A stretch of DNA of 64,000 bases, taken from positions 329,959-393,958 of the forward strand of contig CAVVIG010000001.1 in NCBI GenBank assembly GCA_963748265.1, given 5' to 3'. The DNA is from an uncultured Acidobacteriota bacterium. Lineage in GTDB: Bacteria; Acidobacteriota; Vicinamibacteria; Vicinamibacterales; CAVVIG01. This document shows positions 52,260 through 61,071 of this stretch, in pieces. A program made the position numbers and the translations under genes. The notes beneath the pieces were generated by a model. That model made no database searches. It saw only the letters and a list, made by a program, of their open reading frames with translations, and was not told the DNA's origin. The first letter of the stretch is position 1, and the number at the start of each line of letters is the position of its first letter.

Positions 52260-53185
52260 CGCCGCAGTCGCTCCCTTCTGTCGCGCAGCGGCTCGGCCTG
52301 AGCGCCAGCGAAGAGGCCATCGCGCGCAGCGTCCTGTACGCGTCGCTCTTCGACTACCCGCTCACCCTTTCCCAGTTGCGGCAGACGCTGATCGAATCGG
52401 CACAGACGCCTACGCAGATCCTCGCGACGTTCGAGCGGAGCGCTCCGCTGCGAGAGCTCGTCGAACATCGCAACGGCTTCTTCTACCCGGCCGGCCGCCA
52501 GGAGCTCGTGGCCGAACGGCGAAGGCGCGAGGGGCGCAGCCGTGCCTTCCTCAAGGCGCACCGGCGGCTGCTGCGGCTGATCGGGGGACTCCCATACGTG
52601 CGGCTCGTCGCCCTCTCGGGCAGCATTGCGCACCTGAATCTCGAGAAAGGCGGCGATCTCGACCTCTTCATCGTCACACGGGGGGCACACGTCTGGAGCA
52701 CGGCGGTCGCCGTGGTGCTCCTGGCGAAGGGTATGCGCCGCCGCCGGACGCTCTGCGCGAACTTCGTCGTGGCAGACACGGCGCTCGCCTTCGCGCAGCA
52801 GGACCTGTTCACCGCAAGCCAGATCGTCGGCCTGAAGCCGCTGGCCGGCGCCGCGACATTCCAGCAGCTCCTCGATGCGAATCCCTTCGTGCGGCGCTTC
52901 TTTCCGAACTTCCACGCGCCGGCGTGCGGTGCGCTGCCCGCGCTCCAGCCGGCCTCGCCTCCACGACGGAAGCGGGCGGCGGAGTGGCTGCTGATGGTCC
53001 CTGCCTGGGGCGTGGAATGGGTGTGCCGGCACGCCTACGGCAGGTACCTCCGCAGGCGCGCGGGCGGATGGGAATCGCCGGATCAGGTGCGGCTCGAACC
53101 GGGCTGTCTGAAGCTGCACACACGCAGCCACCGCAGCACCGTCCTCAACCGGTTCGACGACCTGGTGCGAGCGGCGCTGAAGTAG
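52256..53185 (+). CDS. Uncharacterised protein with Pol-beta-type nucleotidyltransferase motif
   Basis: YASLFDYPLT N-terminus; VALSGSIAHLNLEKGGDLDLFIV (hGS-x10-DhDh); ATGA overlap with flippase. Confidence 0.75.
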   Translation: MTPQSLPSVAQRLGLSASEEAIARSVLYASLFDYPLTLSQLRQTLIESAQTPTQILATFERSAPLRELVEHRNGFFYPAGRQELVAERRRREGRSRAFLKAHRRLLRLIGGLPYVRLVALSGSIAHLNLEKGGDLDLFIVTRGAHVWSTAVAVVLLAKGMRRRRTLCANFVVADTALAFAQQDLFTASQIVGLKPLAGAATFQQLLDANPFVRRFFPNFHAPACGALPALQPASPPRRKRAAEWLLMVPAWGVEWVCRHAYGRYLRRRAGGWESPDQVRLEPGCLKLHTRSHRSTVLNRFDDLVRAALK

Positions 53186-53207
53186 ACACCGCCCGCTGGC
53201 TCGCGCG

Positions 53208-54512
53208 TCAGGACAGGAGCGCTTCGAGCTCGCGGCGCATCACGTCGATCGCCTCATCCTCGGTCGCCGCCGCCCGGGCCAGCCGCGCGAGGCGCTCCGC
53301 CGCGCCCTCACGGCGCCTCAACGTCGCGGCGCCCTCCGGCAGGATCTCGGCGACCATGCCGGCCGCCGCCGTGAAGTTAGTGGCGGGGTCGATCAGGATG
53401 AAGCTGCCGGTTCCGCGGTTCTCGACGTACGGGTCCAGCATCACCGGACGCGCCGTGGAAATGTTTACCGAACCAATCTGATTGAGCGTCAGCGGACGGT
53501 CCACTTCCGCGGTGACCGACCGCGTCGAGTGCTTGAGCAGGTAGATCCGCGACGGATCGAGCGGCCGCTCGTCCATCCAGACGATGTCGGCGCGGAAACG
53601 CTGGGCGACTGCCACCTCACCGATCGTGATCATGTCGCCGCGGCTGATGTCGATCTCGTCGTCGAGCGTCAGCGTGATCGCCTGGCCGGCGTGAGCGGCG
53701 TCGATCTCGCCGTCGTAGGTGACGATCTGCTTCACGCGCGACGACCGGCCGCTCGGCCAGATGTTGACCGTGTCGCCCCGGTGCACGGACCCCGACAGCA
53801 CCTGTCCGGCATACCCGCGGAACTCGTGCGTGGGCCGAAGCACGAGCTGCACCGGGAACCGGAACGGGCGGTCGATCGCGTCGCGCTGCACTTCTACGGT
53901 CTCGAGGAACTCGAGCAAAGACATCCCCTCGAACCAGGGGGTCCGCTCGCTGCGGCCGATGACGTTGTCGCCGTGCAGCGCGCTGATCGGAATCGGGTGC
54001 AGCTGTGCGCCGGCGAGGATCTGCTCGAAGTCGTCGACGATCGTCTCGAACACCGAGCGATCGAAGTCGACGAGATCCATCTTGTTCACCGCCAGGACGT
54101 AGTGGCGGATGCCGAGCAGTTGTGCGATCTGCGCGTGGCGGCGCGACTGCGGGCGGACGCCGTGCCGGGCGTCCACGAGCAGGATGGCGAGGTCGGCCGT
54201 CGACGCCCCGGTGGCCATGTTGCGCGTGTACTGCTCGTGGCCGGGCGTGTCGGCCAGGATGAACTTGCGGCGCGCCGTCGCGAAGTACCGGTACGCCACG
54301 TCGATCGTGATCCCCTGCTCACGCTCCGCCCGCAGGCCGTCGGTGAACAGCGAGAAGTCGATGGCGCCGGCCGAGCGGTTCTTCGAGGCGCGCTGGATCG
54401 AGTGCAGCTGGTCCTCGTACACGGAGCGCGAGTCGTACAGCAGGCGCCCGATCAGCGTGCTCTTCCCATCGTCCACGCTGCCTGCGGTGCAGATGCGGAG
54501 CAGACCCGACAT
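53208..54512 (-). CDS. cysN: Sulfate adenylyltransferase subunit 1 (GTPase), no fused APS kinase
   Basis: TAGSVDDGKSTLIGRLL, AEREQGITIDVAYRYF, DTPGHEQYTRNMATGAS, NKMD. Confidence 0.96.
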   Translation of the reverse strand: MSGLLRICTAGSVDDGKSTLIGRLLYDSRSVYEDQLHSIQRASKNRSAGAIDFSLFTDGLRAEREQGITIDVAYRYFATARRKFILADTPGHEQYTRNMATGASTADLAILLVDARHGVRPQSRRHAQIAQLLGIRHYVLAVNKMDLVDFDRSVFETIVDDFEQILAGAQLHPIPISALHGDNVIGRSERTPWFEGMSLLEFLETVEVQRDAIDRPFRFPVQLVLRPTHEFRGYAGQVLSGSVHRGDTVNIWPSGRSSRVKQIVTYDGEIDAAHAGQAITLTLDDEIDISRGDMITIGEVAVAQRFRADIVWMDERPLDPSRIYLLKHSTRSVTAEVDRPLTLNQIGSVNISTARPVMLDPYVENRGTGSFILIDPATNFTAAAGMVAEILPEGAATLRRREGAAERLARLARAAATEDEAIDVMRRELEALLS

Positions 54513-55468
54513 CAGAAGTAGCCCTCGCGCTTGCGGTCTTCCATGGCGGCTTCAGACGCTCGGTCGTCGGCCCGGGTCGCGCCGCGCTCGGTGATGCGGC
54601 TCGTCGCAACCTCCTCGACGATCTTCTCCACGGTGTCGGCGTCGGACTGCACGGCCGCGGTGCAGGTCATGTCGCCGACCGTGCGGTAACGCACCACCAT
54701 GCGGAGGGTCTTCTCGTCGGCCTGCGGCGGCGTCACCGGCGTGACGGCCATCAGCATGCCGTCCCTCCGGAACACGTCGCGCTCGTGTGCGTAGTAGATG
54801 GACGGCAGTTCCAGACCTTCGCGCGCGATGTACTGCCAGATGTCCACTTCCGTCCAGTTCGAGAGCGGGAACACCCGGATGTGCTCCCCCTTCCGGTGAC
54901 GGGCGTTGTAGAGCGACCAGAGCTCGGGGCGCTGGTTCTTGGGATCCCACTGGCCGAACTCGTCGCGGAACGAGAACACGCGCTCCTTGGCGCGGGCCTT
55001 TTCCTCATCCCGCCGCGCGCCGCCGAACACCGCGTCGAAGCGATGCTCGCGGATGGCGTGCAGCAGCGGCACCGTCTGAATCTGGTTGCGCGAGGCGCGC
55101 GGACCGGTCGGGTCGACGACGAGCCCCTGCGCGATCGCCTCCTCGACGGAGGCCACGACGAGCCTGGCGCCGAGCTCCGCGACGCGGCGGTCGCGATAGT
55201 CCATCACCTCGGGAAAGTTGTGTCCCGTGTCGACGTGCATCAGGGGGAACGGGATGCGCGACGGGAAGAAAGCCTTCTCCGCGGCACGCAGCATCACGAT
55301 CGAGTCCTTGCCGCCCGAGAACAGCAGCACGGGCCGCTCAAACTCGGCGACCACCTCCCGCATGATGTGGATGCTTTCCGCCTCGAGCGCGGCCAGGTGG
55401 TCGTAGCTCGGGGCCACCTCGGAGTGGCCGGTGCGGGTCAGCGGCGATCGGTTGAGGGCTGCAGCCAT
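54512..55468 (-). CDS. cysD: Sulfate adenylyltransferase subunit 2
   Basis: LEAESIHIMREV, LFSGGKDS, HVDTGHNF, GGARRDEEKARAKER, WDPKNQRPELW, MEDRKREGYF. Confidence 0.96.
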   Translation of the reverse strand: MAAALNRSPLTRTGHSEVAPSYDHLAALEAESIHIMREVVAEFERPVLLFSGGKDSIVMLRAAEKAFFPSRIPFPLMHVDTGHNFPEVMDYRDRRVAELGARLVVASVEEAIAQGLVVDPTGPRASRNQIQTVPLLHAIREHRFDAVFGGARRDEEKARAKERVFSFRDEFGQWDPKNQRPELWSLYNARHRKGEHIRVFPLSNWTEVDIWQYIAREGLELPSIYYAHERDVFRRDGMLMAVTPVTPPQADEKTLRMVVRYRTVGDMTCTAAVQSDADTVEKIVEEVATSRITERGATRADDRASEAAMEDRKREGYF

Positions 55469-55483
55469 GGGCATGTCGGCACC

Positions 55484-55518
55484 AAAAACAAAAGCCCGGG
55501 GTGGGTCCCCGGGCTTTT
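55484..55518 (-). terminator. Intrinsic terminator in the cysD leader (attenuator)
   Basis: Minus strand AAAAGCCCGGGG-accca-CCCCGGGCTTTT-GTTTTT: perfect 12-bp stem plus U tract, about 15 nt upstream of the cysD start. Confidence 0.9.
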
Positions 55519-55544
55519 CGGTCTGTGGCTTCTGAAGCTCGTGT

Positions 55545-55646
55545 TCAGCAGATGTCTCGAAGCATGGCCAGACGACCGTTCGGCGCGGGACCCTGACGGC
55601 CCGTACAACAACACGCGCAGCAACAGACGGCGGCCTTCTGTGACAT
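55545..55646 (-). CDS. Cys-rich leader peptide of cysDN, 33 aa: MSQKAAVCCCACCCTGRQGPAPNGRLAMLRDIC
   Basis: ATG 55646, TGT TGC TGC GCG TGT TGT TGT at 55625-55605, TGA 55547-55545; lies between promoter and terminator. Confidence 0.85.
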   Translation of the reverse strand: MSQKAAVCCCACCCTGRQGPAPNGRLAMLRDIC

Positions 55647-55657
55647 CAACGTATAGA

Positions 55658-55687
55658 TATGTATCAACTTACGGGCGTCGAAGTCAA
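55658..55687 (-). promoter_or_regulatory. Putative sigma70 promoter of the cysDN leader
   Basis: TTGACT (55687-55682), 18 nt, TGn-TACATA (55663-55658) in a locally AT-rich patch; -10 imperfect. Confidence 0.55.
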
Positions 55688-55698
55688 CTGGAGCCGTG

Positions 55699-56689
55699 TC
55701 AGTCGGGCTGGGTGGCCCTCATGCCGACGTACCGGTGGGCCACCTGCTCGTCCGCGTCGATGACGGCAAAGAAGCGATACAGCAGCCAGGCGTCCAGCAC
55801 AATCACCCCCGCCAGCACGAGGTAAGCCTCGTTTCCGGGCACGATGTGCAGGTCGCGCAGCAGCTTGGAGAGGCCGAAGGCGACGACCCAGGCGTCGAAA
55901 CTCATGCAGATACGCCGGAACGTCTCGGGCCGCATCCGCTGGATGATCATGGCGCCAATCGGCACACCAACCGCCACGCTGGGGACGATCCAGGGCACCA
56001 GCGCGAAGCTGGGCGCCGCAAACAGGCCGACATACCAGTAGGCGACCGCCGTCATCGACGACTCCGCCAGCCGCACGACGCCGAGCGCCGCGCGGAACTC
56101 GCGCTTCTCCAGCCCCTGGTTGTTGAGCGCGATCGCCAGCGGCGGACCTGAAATGGTCGTCACCGAGGTACAGGACCCCGACGCCTGCGCCGAACACGAG
56201 GCCGGCGCTCCGCTCGGCCTGGATCGGGCGCCGGAACCCGGCCGCCTGCAGCAGAATCAACGGGAGCAGCACGAGGAACGTGTCGAGCTTCAACCAGTCC
56301 GGGCTCACCCTCGACACCAGCGTCGTCCCCACGAGGACGCCCGGGATCAGCCCGATGATAATCGGAAGGACGCGGCGCCAGACGGAGGGAAGGCTGGCGC
56401 GGTTCACCCAGAGGACGTAGGCGTTCAGCGGCACCTCGATCAGGATGAGCGCCGGGTTGAGCACGCGGTTCGACAGGAACAGCAGTGCGAGCGGCACCGT
56501 GATCGAGGAGAACCCGTAGCCGAGGGCGCCGTTCACCGTCGCGGCGAGCAGCGTGATGCCGCTCAGCCACATCATCTCTGGCGTCACGACCGAGACCTCT
56601 TCGCGTCGCCGGGCAGACGGCCGGGTGCCGTGCCGCCTTCGCCGGGACGCGGCCTGTACGCTGTCAGATTGGGTGCTTTCGGGAATCAT
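55699..56689 (-). CDS. Sulfite exporter TauE/SafE family permease, frameshift near 56165 (alternative start GTG 56587)
   Basis: LLAATVNGALGYGFSSITVP, GVGVLY...TTISGPPLAI, multiple TM helices; SD GGAG 7 nt before ATG 56689. Confidence 0.87.
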
Positions 56690-56691
56690 CA

Positions 56692-56785
56692 CGCTTCTCC
56701 GTCACGGGTGAACGTCGACCAGCCGACTGACTGGCCTGGAGAAGCGGAGCAACCTGGGGGTTGGAACTATCTGAGGGTGCTTCTC
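56692..56785 (-). promoter_or_regulatory. SD-sequestering switch in the tauE leader
   Basis: Anti-SD CGCTTCTCC (56746-56738) is the perfect complement of SD GGAGAAGCG (56700-56692); competing GAGAAGC (56785-56779) overlaps the leader stop codon. Confidence 0.7.
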
Positions 56786-56879
56786 ACCAGCCGATCGTCG
56801 GCCCGATACACGCGCAGCGACACGCCAGCGCGCAACAGGGACAACAACAGCTCAGGTTCGAAGCGATCACTTCCGGCAT
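56784..56879 (-). CDS. Cys-rich leader peptide of tauE, 31 aa: MPEVIASNLSCCCPCCALACRCACIGPTIGW (possibly leaderless from GTG 56870)
   Basis: ATG 56879 or GTG 56870; TGT TGT TGT CCC TGT TGC ... TGT CGC TGC GCG TGT (8 Cys); TGA 56786-56784. Confidence 0.82.
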   Translation of the reverse strand: MPEVIASNLSCCCPCCALACRCACIGPTIGW

Positions 56880-56907
56880 TGTTGGCTAGGACGCGCTGGC
56901 AAGTCAA
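56878..56907 (-). promoter_or_regulatory. Putative sigma70 promoter of the tauE leader
   Basis: TTGACT (56907-56902), 18 nt, AACAAT (56883-56878), 7 nt, GTG; same TTGACTT -35 as the cysD leader promoter. Confidence 0.55.
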
Positions 56908-56909
56908 GC

Positions 56910-56924
56910 TGGCACCCCGCTTGC
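56910..56924 (+). promoter_or_regulatory. Sigma54 (-24/-12) promoter upstream of wzm-wzt
   Basis: TGGCAC-CCCGC-TTGC matches the consensus TGGCAC-N5-TTGC. Confidence 0.6.
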
Positions 56925-56953
56925 GAACTGAGCTTCACGCCAGCGAGGGTGTC

Positions 56954-57811
56954 CTGATTCCAGTCAGCAACCGGCCCGTCACGCGCTTCCAACCCGCGTC
57001 CGCGGGGGCGATCCGCCCGCTGGCGGCGCTCGCCCGCCTCGCCCGGTTCCAGGATCTGCTGCTGACGCTCAGCCTGCATCGCATCAGGGTCCGGTACAAG
57101 CAGTCGCGCCTGGGCATCGCATGGGCGGTGCTGCAACCGCTGGCCATCATGCTCGCTTTTTCACTCGTCTTCGCGCTGCTCGGCGGCGCGCCGAGCAACG
57201 GCGTCCCCTACGCGCTGTTTGCCTACGCGGGGCTGGTGCCGTGGACCGCGTTCGCCTCCGGCCTTTCGAGCGCCACGACGTCGCTCACCGGCCACGCGGC
57301 GCTGCTCACCAAGGTCTCGTTCCCGCGCGAGATTCTGCCGATCACCTACGTGATTGCCGCGATGGTGGACGCCGCCATTGCCTGCCTCCCGCTCGGTCTC
57401 CTGATGGCGTGGTACGGCGTTGACGTCACGCCGATGCTGGGATGGGCGGTCGTCGCGCTGCTGCTCCTCGCCGTCTGGCTCCTCGGCACGGGGCTGCTCC
57501 TGGCCGCCCTGCAGGTGCGCCATCGTGACATCGGTCTCGCGATCCCCGTCGTCCTGCAGGTGTGGATGTTCGCCACGCCGATCGTGTACCCGCTGTCGCT
57601 GGCCCAGGCGCGGTTGTCGGGGCCGCTGTTCTGGCTGTATGTCGCGAACCCGATGGCAGGCGTCGCCGACACGTTCCGGCGCGCGACGGTGCTCGGACAG
57701 TCGCCCGACATCCCGACGCTCCTCGCCGGTGCGGTAACCGCCCTCGCGCTCGTTCCCCTGGCCTACGTCTACTTCAAGTACGCCGAGTTCACCATGGCGG
57801 ACGTGGTATGA
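56954..57811 (+). CDS. wzm: ABC-2 polysaccharide exporter permease (start uncertain)
   Basis: [51 protein letters not shown]. Confidence 0.92.
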   Translation: MIPVSNRPVTRFQPASAGAIRPLAALARLARFQDLLLTLSLHRIRVRYKQSRLGIAWAVLQPLAIMLAFSLVFALLGGAPSNGVPYALFAYAGLVPWTAFASGLSSATTSLTGHAALLTKVSFPREILPITYVIAAMVDAAIACLPLGLLMAWYGVDVTPMLGWAVVALLLLAVWLLGTGLLLAALQVRHRDIGLAIPVVLQVWMFATPIVYPLSLAQARLSGPLFWLYVANPMAGVADTFRRATVLGQSPDIPTLLAGAVTALALVPLAYVYFKYAEFTMADVV

Positions 57812-58995
57812 GCGGGGTCATCGATGTCCGCATCGATCACGTCTGGAAGCAGTACCGGCTCGGCACGCGGCGGAACGCACCGACGTTCTGGGCGCTGAAG
57901 GATCTCGACTTCGCTGTCGCGCGCGGAGAGTCGGTTGGCGTCATCGGGCCGAATGGGGCCGGCAAGAGCACGCTGCTCAAGCTGCTCGCCGGCATCACCA
58001 CGCCGACGCAGGGCGAGATCACGATTGACGGGTCGCTGTCGGCACTGATCGAGGTCGGATCCGGGTTCCATCCGGAGCTCACGGGACGGGAGAACGTCTT
58101 CCTGAGCGGCGCCATCCTCGGCATGCGGCGCCGCGACATCGCGAGCCGGCTCGATGCCATCGTGTCGTTCGCCGGCGTCGAACGCTTCGTCGATACGCCG
58201 GTGAAGTGGTACTCGTCAGGCATGTACGTCCGACTCGGCTTCGCCATCGCCGCACATCTCCAGCCGGACATCCTGCTCGTCGACGAGGTCCTCGCGGTCG
58301 GCGACGCCGAATTCCAGGCGCGGTGCCTCCAGCGCATCGACGATTTGAAGCGCCAGGGCGTGACCACGCTGCTGATCTCGCACGACCTCACCGCGGTCGA
58401 ACAGCTCTGCGACCGGGTCGTGCTCCTGGATCGCGGCGAAGCGATCGCAAACGGGGCGCCAGGCGACGTCGTCGCCCTCTACCATCGCCGCGTCATCGCG
58501 GCGCAGAAACACGAAGCGCCCCCGACCGACCCGGCATCGCTTCACAACCTGCTCAAGCTCACGAACCTCACCTTCCACGCGACGTCCAGCGGGGGAAACG
58601 CACGCTTCACGACCGGCGAGCCGCTCGTCGTCCGCCTGCGCTTCTCAGCGTCCGCTGCGCTTCCGGGCGTGCGTTTCGAGGTCGCGTTCCACTCCCCGGA
58701 CGGGCGGACGCTTCACGCGACGATTGCGACCGAGGCCGCGCCGGTGCGCAGCCCCGGTGGCGTGGCGGAGTTCACGGTGCCCGTTCTGCCGCTCCAGTCG
58801 GGTGCGTACCACGTGGGCGCTGTCGCGCGCGACGGCCGGACCGGTCATGCCATCGACTGGTGGGACGGTGGGAGCACGCTGTACGTCGAACGCGGCTCGG
58901 CAACGGCGCCGGGGCTCGTCTTCGTGCCGCACACGTCTCGAGTCATCGAGGGCGTTCCGGACCGCGATCCGGTGTCAGCGTCGCGAGACCGCTGA
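57808..58995 (+). CDS. wzt: ABC polysaccharide exporter ATPase with C-terminal carbohydrate-binding domain
   Basis: [48 protein letters not shown]; Wzt_C-like tail. Confidence 0.93.
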   Translation: MSGVIDVRIDHVWKQYRLGTRRNAPTFWALKDLDFAVARGESVGVIGPNGAGKSTLLKLLAGITTPTQGEITIDGSLSALIEVGSGFHPELTGRENVFLSGAILGMRRRDIASRLDAIVSFAGVERFVDTPVKWYSSGMYVRLGFAIAAHLQPDILLVDEVLAVGDAEFQARCLQRIDDLKRQGVTTLLISHDLTAVEQLCDRVVLLDRGEAIANGAPGDVVALYHRRVIAAQKHEAPPTDPASLHNLLKLTNLTFHATSSGGNARFTTGEPLVVRLRFSASAALPGVRFEVAFHSPDGRTLHATIATEAAPVRSPGGVAEFTVPVLPLQSGAYHVGAVARDGRTGHAIDWWDGGSTLYVERGSATAPGLVFVPHTSRVIEGVPDRDPVSASRDR

Positions 58996-61071
58996 CGCGC
59001 CATCAGCGGCGCGGGGACCGTCGACGCGGAACACCGTCATGCGCTGGTCCTCGTACAGCTCCGCCAGACAGCAGGTGCGCATCCGATCGCTGACGATCGC
59101 CTGGTGGCGCAGCCTCGGCTCTTCGAGACGGCGCCGATCCAGCAGCACATGCGTCACGCCGAGCCGCCGCAGTTCGCGGAGCGCAGCGTCCTCCTGCCCT
59201 GCGGGCGCGTTCCAGATCGCGGCGTACGACGGCGCCGCGTCGCTCCACAGCCTCGCGCGGTGACTGTACAAGTGGTCGCCGCCTGCGAACGTCAGCACGA
59301 GCGCGTCCGGCGGCGTGTGTGCGTCGATGAACTGCCACGCGCGATAGGCCGGCACCGTCCGCGCGAGGTACGACTCCTCCGCCTCGCCACCGGCGACGAC
59401 GGCTGCGGGAAGCGCACGGAGGACGTGGGTGACCCAACCGTCCCACCCGCGGCGGTCGCGTTCCTGCCACTCCGTGAGCGGCGGAAGCATCATCACCATC
59501 AGAATCGCGATCGCAGCTGCGGGAATCCGCGAGACGCCGGCTCGCAGACGGTCCGCGTGATACGCCAGCACGCCGAAGCCGGCGGCCGCGAGCACCGCAA
59601 GCGCCGGCACGAGCGGAATGAGAAAGCGCAGCTGCAGGCTGCCGAGCGGCGACGCCCACACGCCGACGTACATCGCGCACCCGGCGGCAAGCGCCGCGAG
59701 CGTCCGGCGGCGGCGGGCGAAGACGGCGAACGGCGCCAGCATGAGGAACGATGGCCCGAGCGCTCCCCCGAACGCCGCGCCGTGCGTGGTGATATCCCAC
59801 GGCAGCCGCAGCATCGGCCCGACTCCGCGACCCGCGCCGAAGTGCGCCTTGAATCGTGCGAGATCCCGATCGGTCTCGGCCGACCATCGTTCCGGCGGCA
59901 CCGCGCCGAAAATGCCGACCATCTCGGGAAAGAACGGGTTGCGAGCCCCCGACCAGGCGCGCGCGTACCACGGCGAGGCCAGGGCGAGCGCGATTGCCGT
60001 CATCAGGACACCGGCCCGCAGACCGTGGAGCCGGCCGCGCCCGGCCTGTGCCGGGAACGCCAGGAGCACGAGCGCCGCAAGCCCCAGCACAATCAGCCCG
60101 AGATGCTTCACCGATAGCGCCGCGCCGAAGATGACGCCGGCCACGAGGAGCCACCTGCGATCGCCCTCCGTCCGATAACGCAGGACACAAACGATTGCCA
60201 CGGTCACAAGCCAGGTGAGCGCCAGATCGACGTACGCCGTGGACGCCTCCCACATCATCGTCGGCGCGGTCACGGCGAGGGCGAACACCAGGTGGCCTGA
60301 GACGCCCGGCGCGGCGTGACGCGCGAGCGCCACCGCAGCGCTCGCCGTGAGCGGCAGGCAGACGAAGTGCAGCAGCTTGGCGCCCCCGGGTCCGCCAAGC
60401 ACCAATGCCGGCCCGTTCAGCACTTCCCATCCGAGCGGATAGAGCGAGATGAACTCGTTGACAAAATCGACCGGCCGCCCGGCCGCGAGCCACTGCGCAG
60501 GCAGCCACAGGTGGTACCAGACCGCGTCGTACTCGATCTCCGGCGCGAGCGCGGCGACCAGTGCGCATCCGAGTGCCAGCACGGCGCAGGCGGCGTAGAG
60601 GGCATCGCTCCCCGTCACACGCGGCCGGCCAGTGCGGACCATCGCCATCGCGGACGACAGGATCGAACGAACCTCAGACGGCCTCGACGCAGCCGCGGCC
60701 ACGATGACAATCGCGACGACGACCGGCCGATACAAGCCGATGGCGGCGAAGGCGAACATGAGCGCGCTCACCGCGGCCACGCCGACCGCGAGGGTCACGT
60801 GCACCCGCTCGGTGGGGCTCGGAAAGAGGTCCGTCGCGCGTGCGAGCACTGCGCGGCCGGCCTGCCAGGCCGCGAGATACACCAGCGCACATGCGCCCAG
60901 TGCCCGTCCCGCGCGCCGCATCGCCTCGAACGCGAACGGCAACTGGTTGAAGTTCCGGTCGATCAGGTCGAGCGTATCAGTGGGAAACCTGAACGAGTGT
61001 GAGGCGACTATCGCCACCCACGCGCCGGCCGCCGCAACGATCGCGAGCGAGCGGGCGCGTTGTGCCGTCAT
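58975..61071 (-). CDS. GT-C fold integral membrane glycosyltransferase (ArnT/GT39-like)
   Basis: [33 protein letters not shown]...NPFFP, LRFLIP; many TM helices. Confidence 0.8.
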   Translation of the reverse strand: MTAQRARSLAIVAAAGAWVAIVASHSFRFPTDTLDLIDRNFNQLPFAFEAMRRAGRALGACALVYLAAWQAGRAVLARATDLFPSPTERVHVTLAVGVAAVSALMFAFAAIGLYRPVVVAIVIVAAAASRPSEVRSILSSAMAMVRTGRPRVTGSDALYAACAVLALGCALVAALAPEIEYDAVWYHLWLPAQWLAAGRPVDFVNEFISLYPLGWEVLNGPALVLGGPGGAKLLHFVCLPLTASAAVALARHAAPGVSGHLVFALAVTAPTMMWEASTAYVDLALTWLVTVAIVCVLRYRTEGDRRWLLVAGVIFGAALSVKHLGLIVLGLAALVLLAFPAQAGRGRLHGLRAGVLMTAIALALASPWYARAWSGARNPFFPEMVGIFGAVPPERWSAETDRDLARFKAHFGAGRGVGPMLRLPWDITTHGAAFGGALGPSFLMLAPFAVFARRRRTLAALAAGCAMYVGVWASPLGSLQLRFLIPLVPALAVLAAAGFGVLAYHADRLRAGVSRIPAAAIAILMVMMLPPLTEWQERDRRGWDGWVTHVLRALPAAVVAGGEAEESYLARTVPAYRAWQFIDAHTPPDALVLTFAGGDHLYSHRARLWSDAAPSYAAIWNAPAGQEDAALRELRRLGVTHVLLDRRRLEEPRLRHQAIVSDRMRTCCLAELYEDQRMTVFRVDGPRAADGASAVSRR

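Noticed and set aside
50867-53185. 772-aa flippase-nucleotidyltransferase fusion ORF
   Set aside because: Artefact of the frameshift near 51680; the flippase ends at 52259 and the next gene starts at ATG 52256
53208-55468. cysDN as PAPS supply for sulfation of the neighbouring polysaccharide (NodPQ-like)
   Set aside because: CysN has no APS kinase domain, no sulfotransferase is visible in the window, and a Cys-responsive leader points to assimilation; not fully excluded because the locus continues past the window
55545-56879. Cys-rich short ORFs as RiPP (ranthipeptide/sactipeptide) precursors or metallothioneins for the SPASM radical SAM enzyme
   Set aside because: They lie 9-10 kb from that enzyme, each directly leads a sulfur gene and is embedded in attenuator-like RNA structure; no RRE domain, peptidase or peptide exporter is evident
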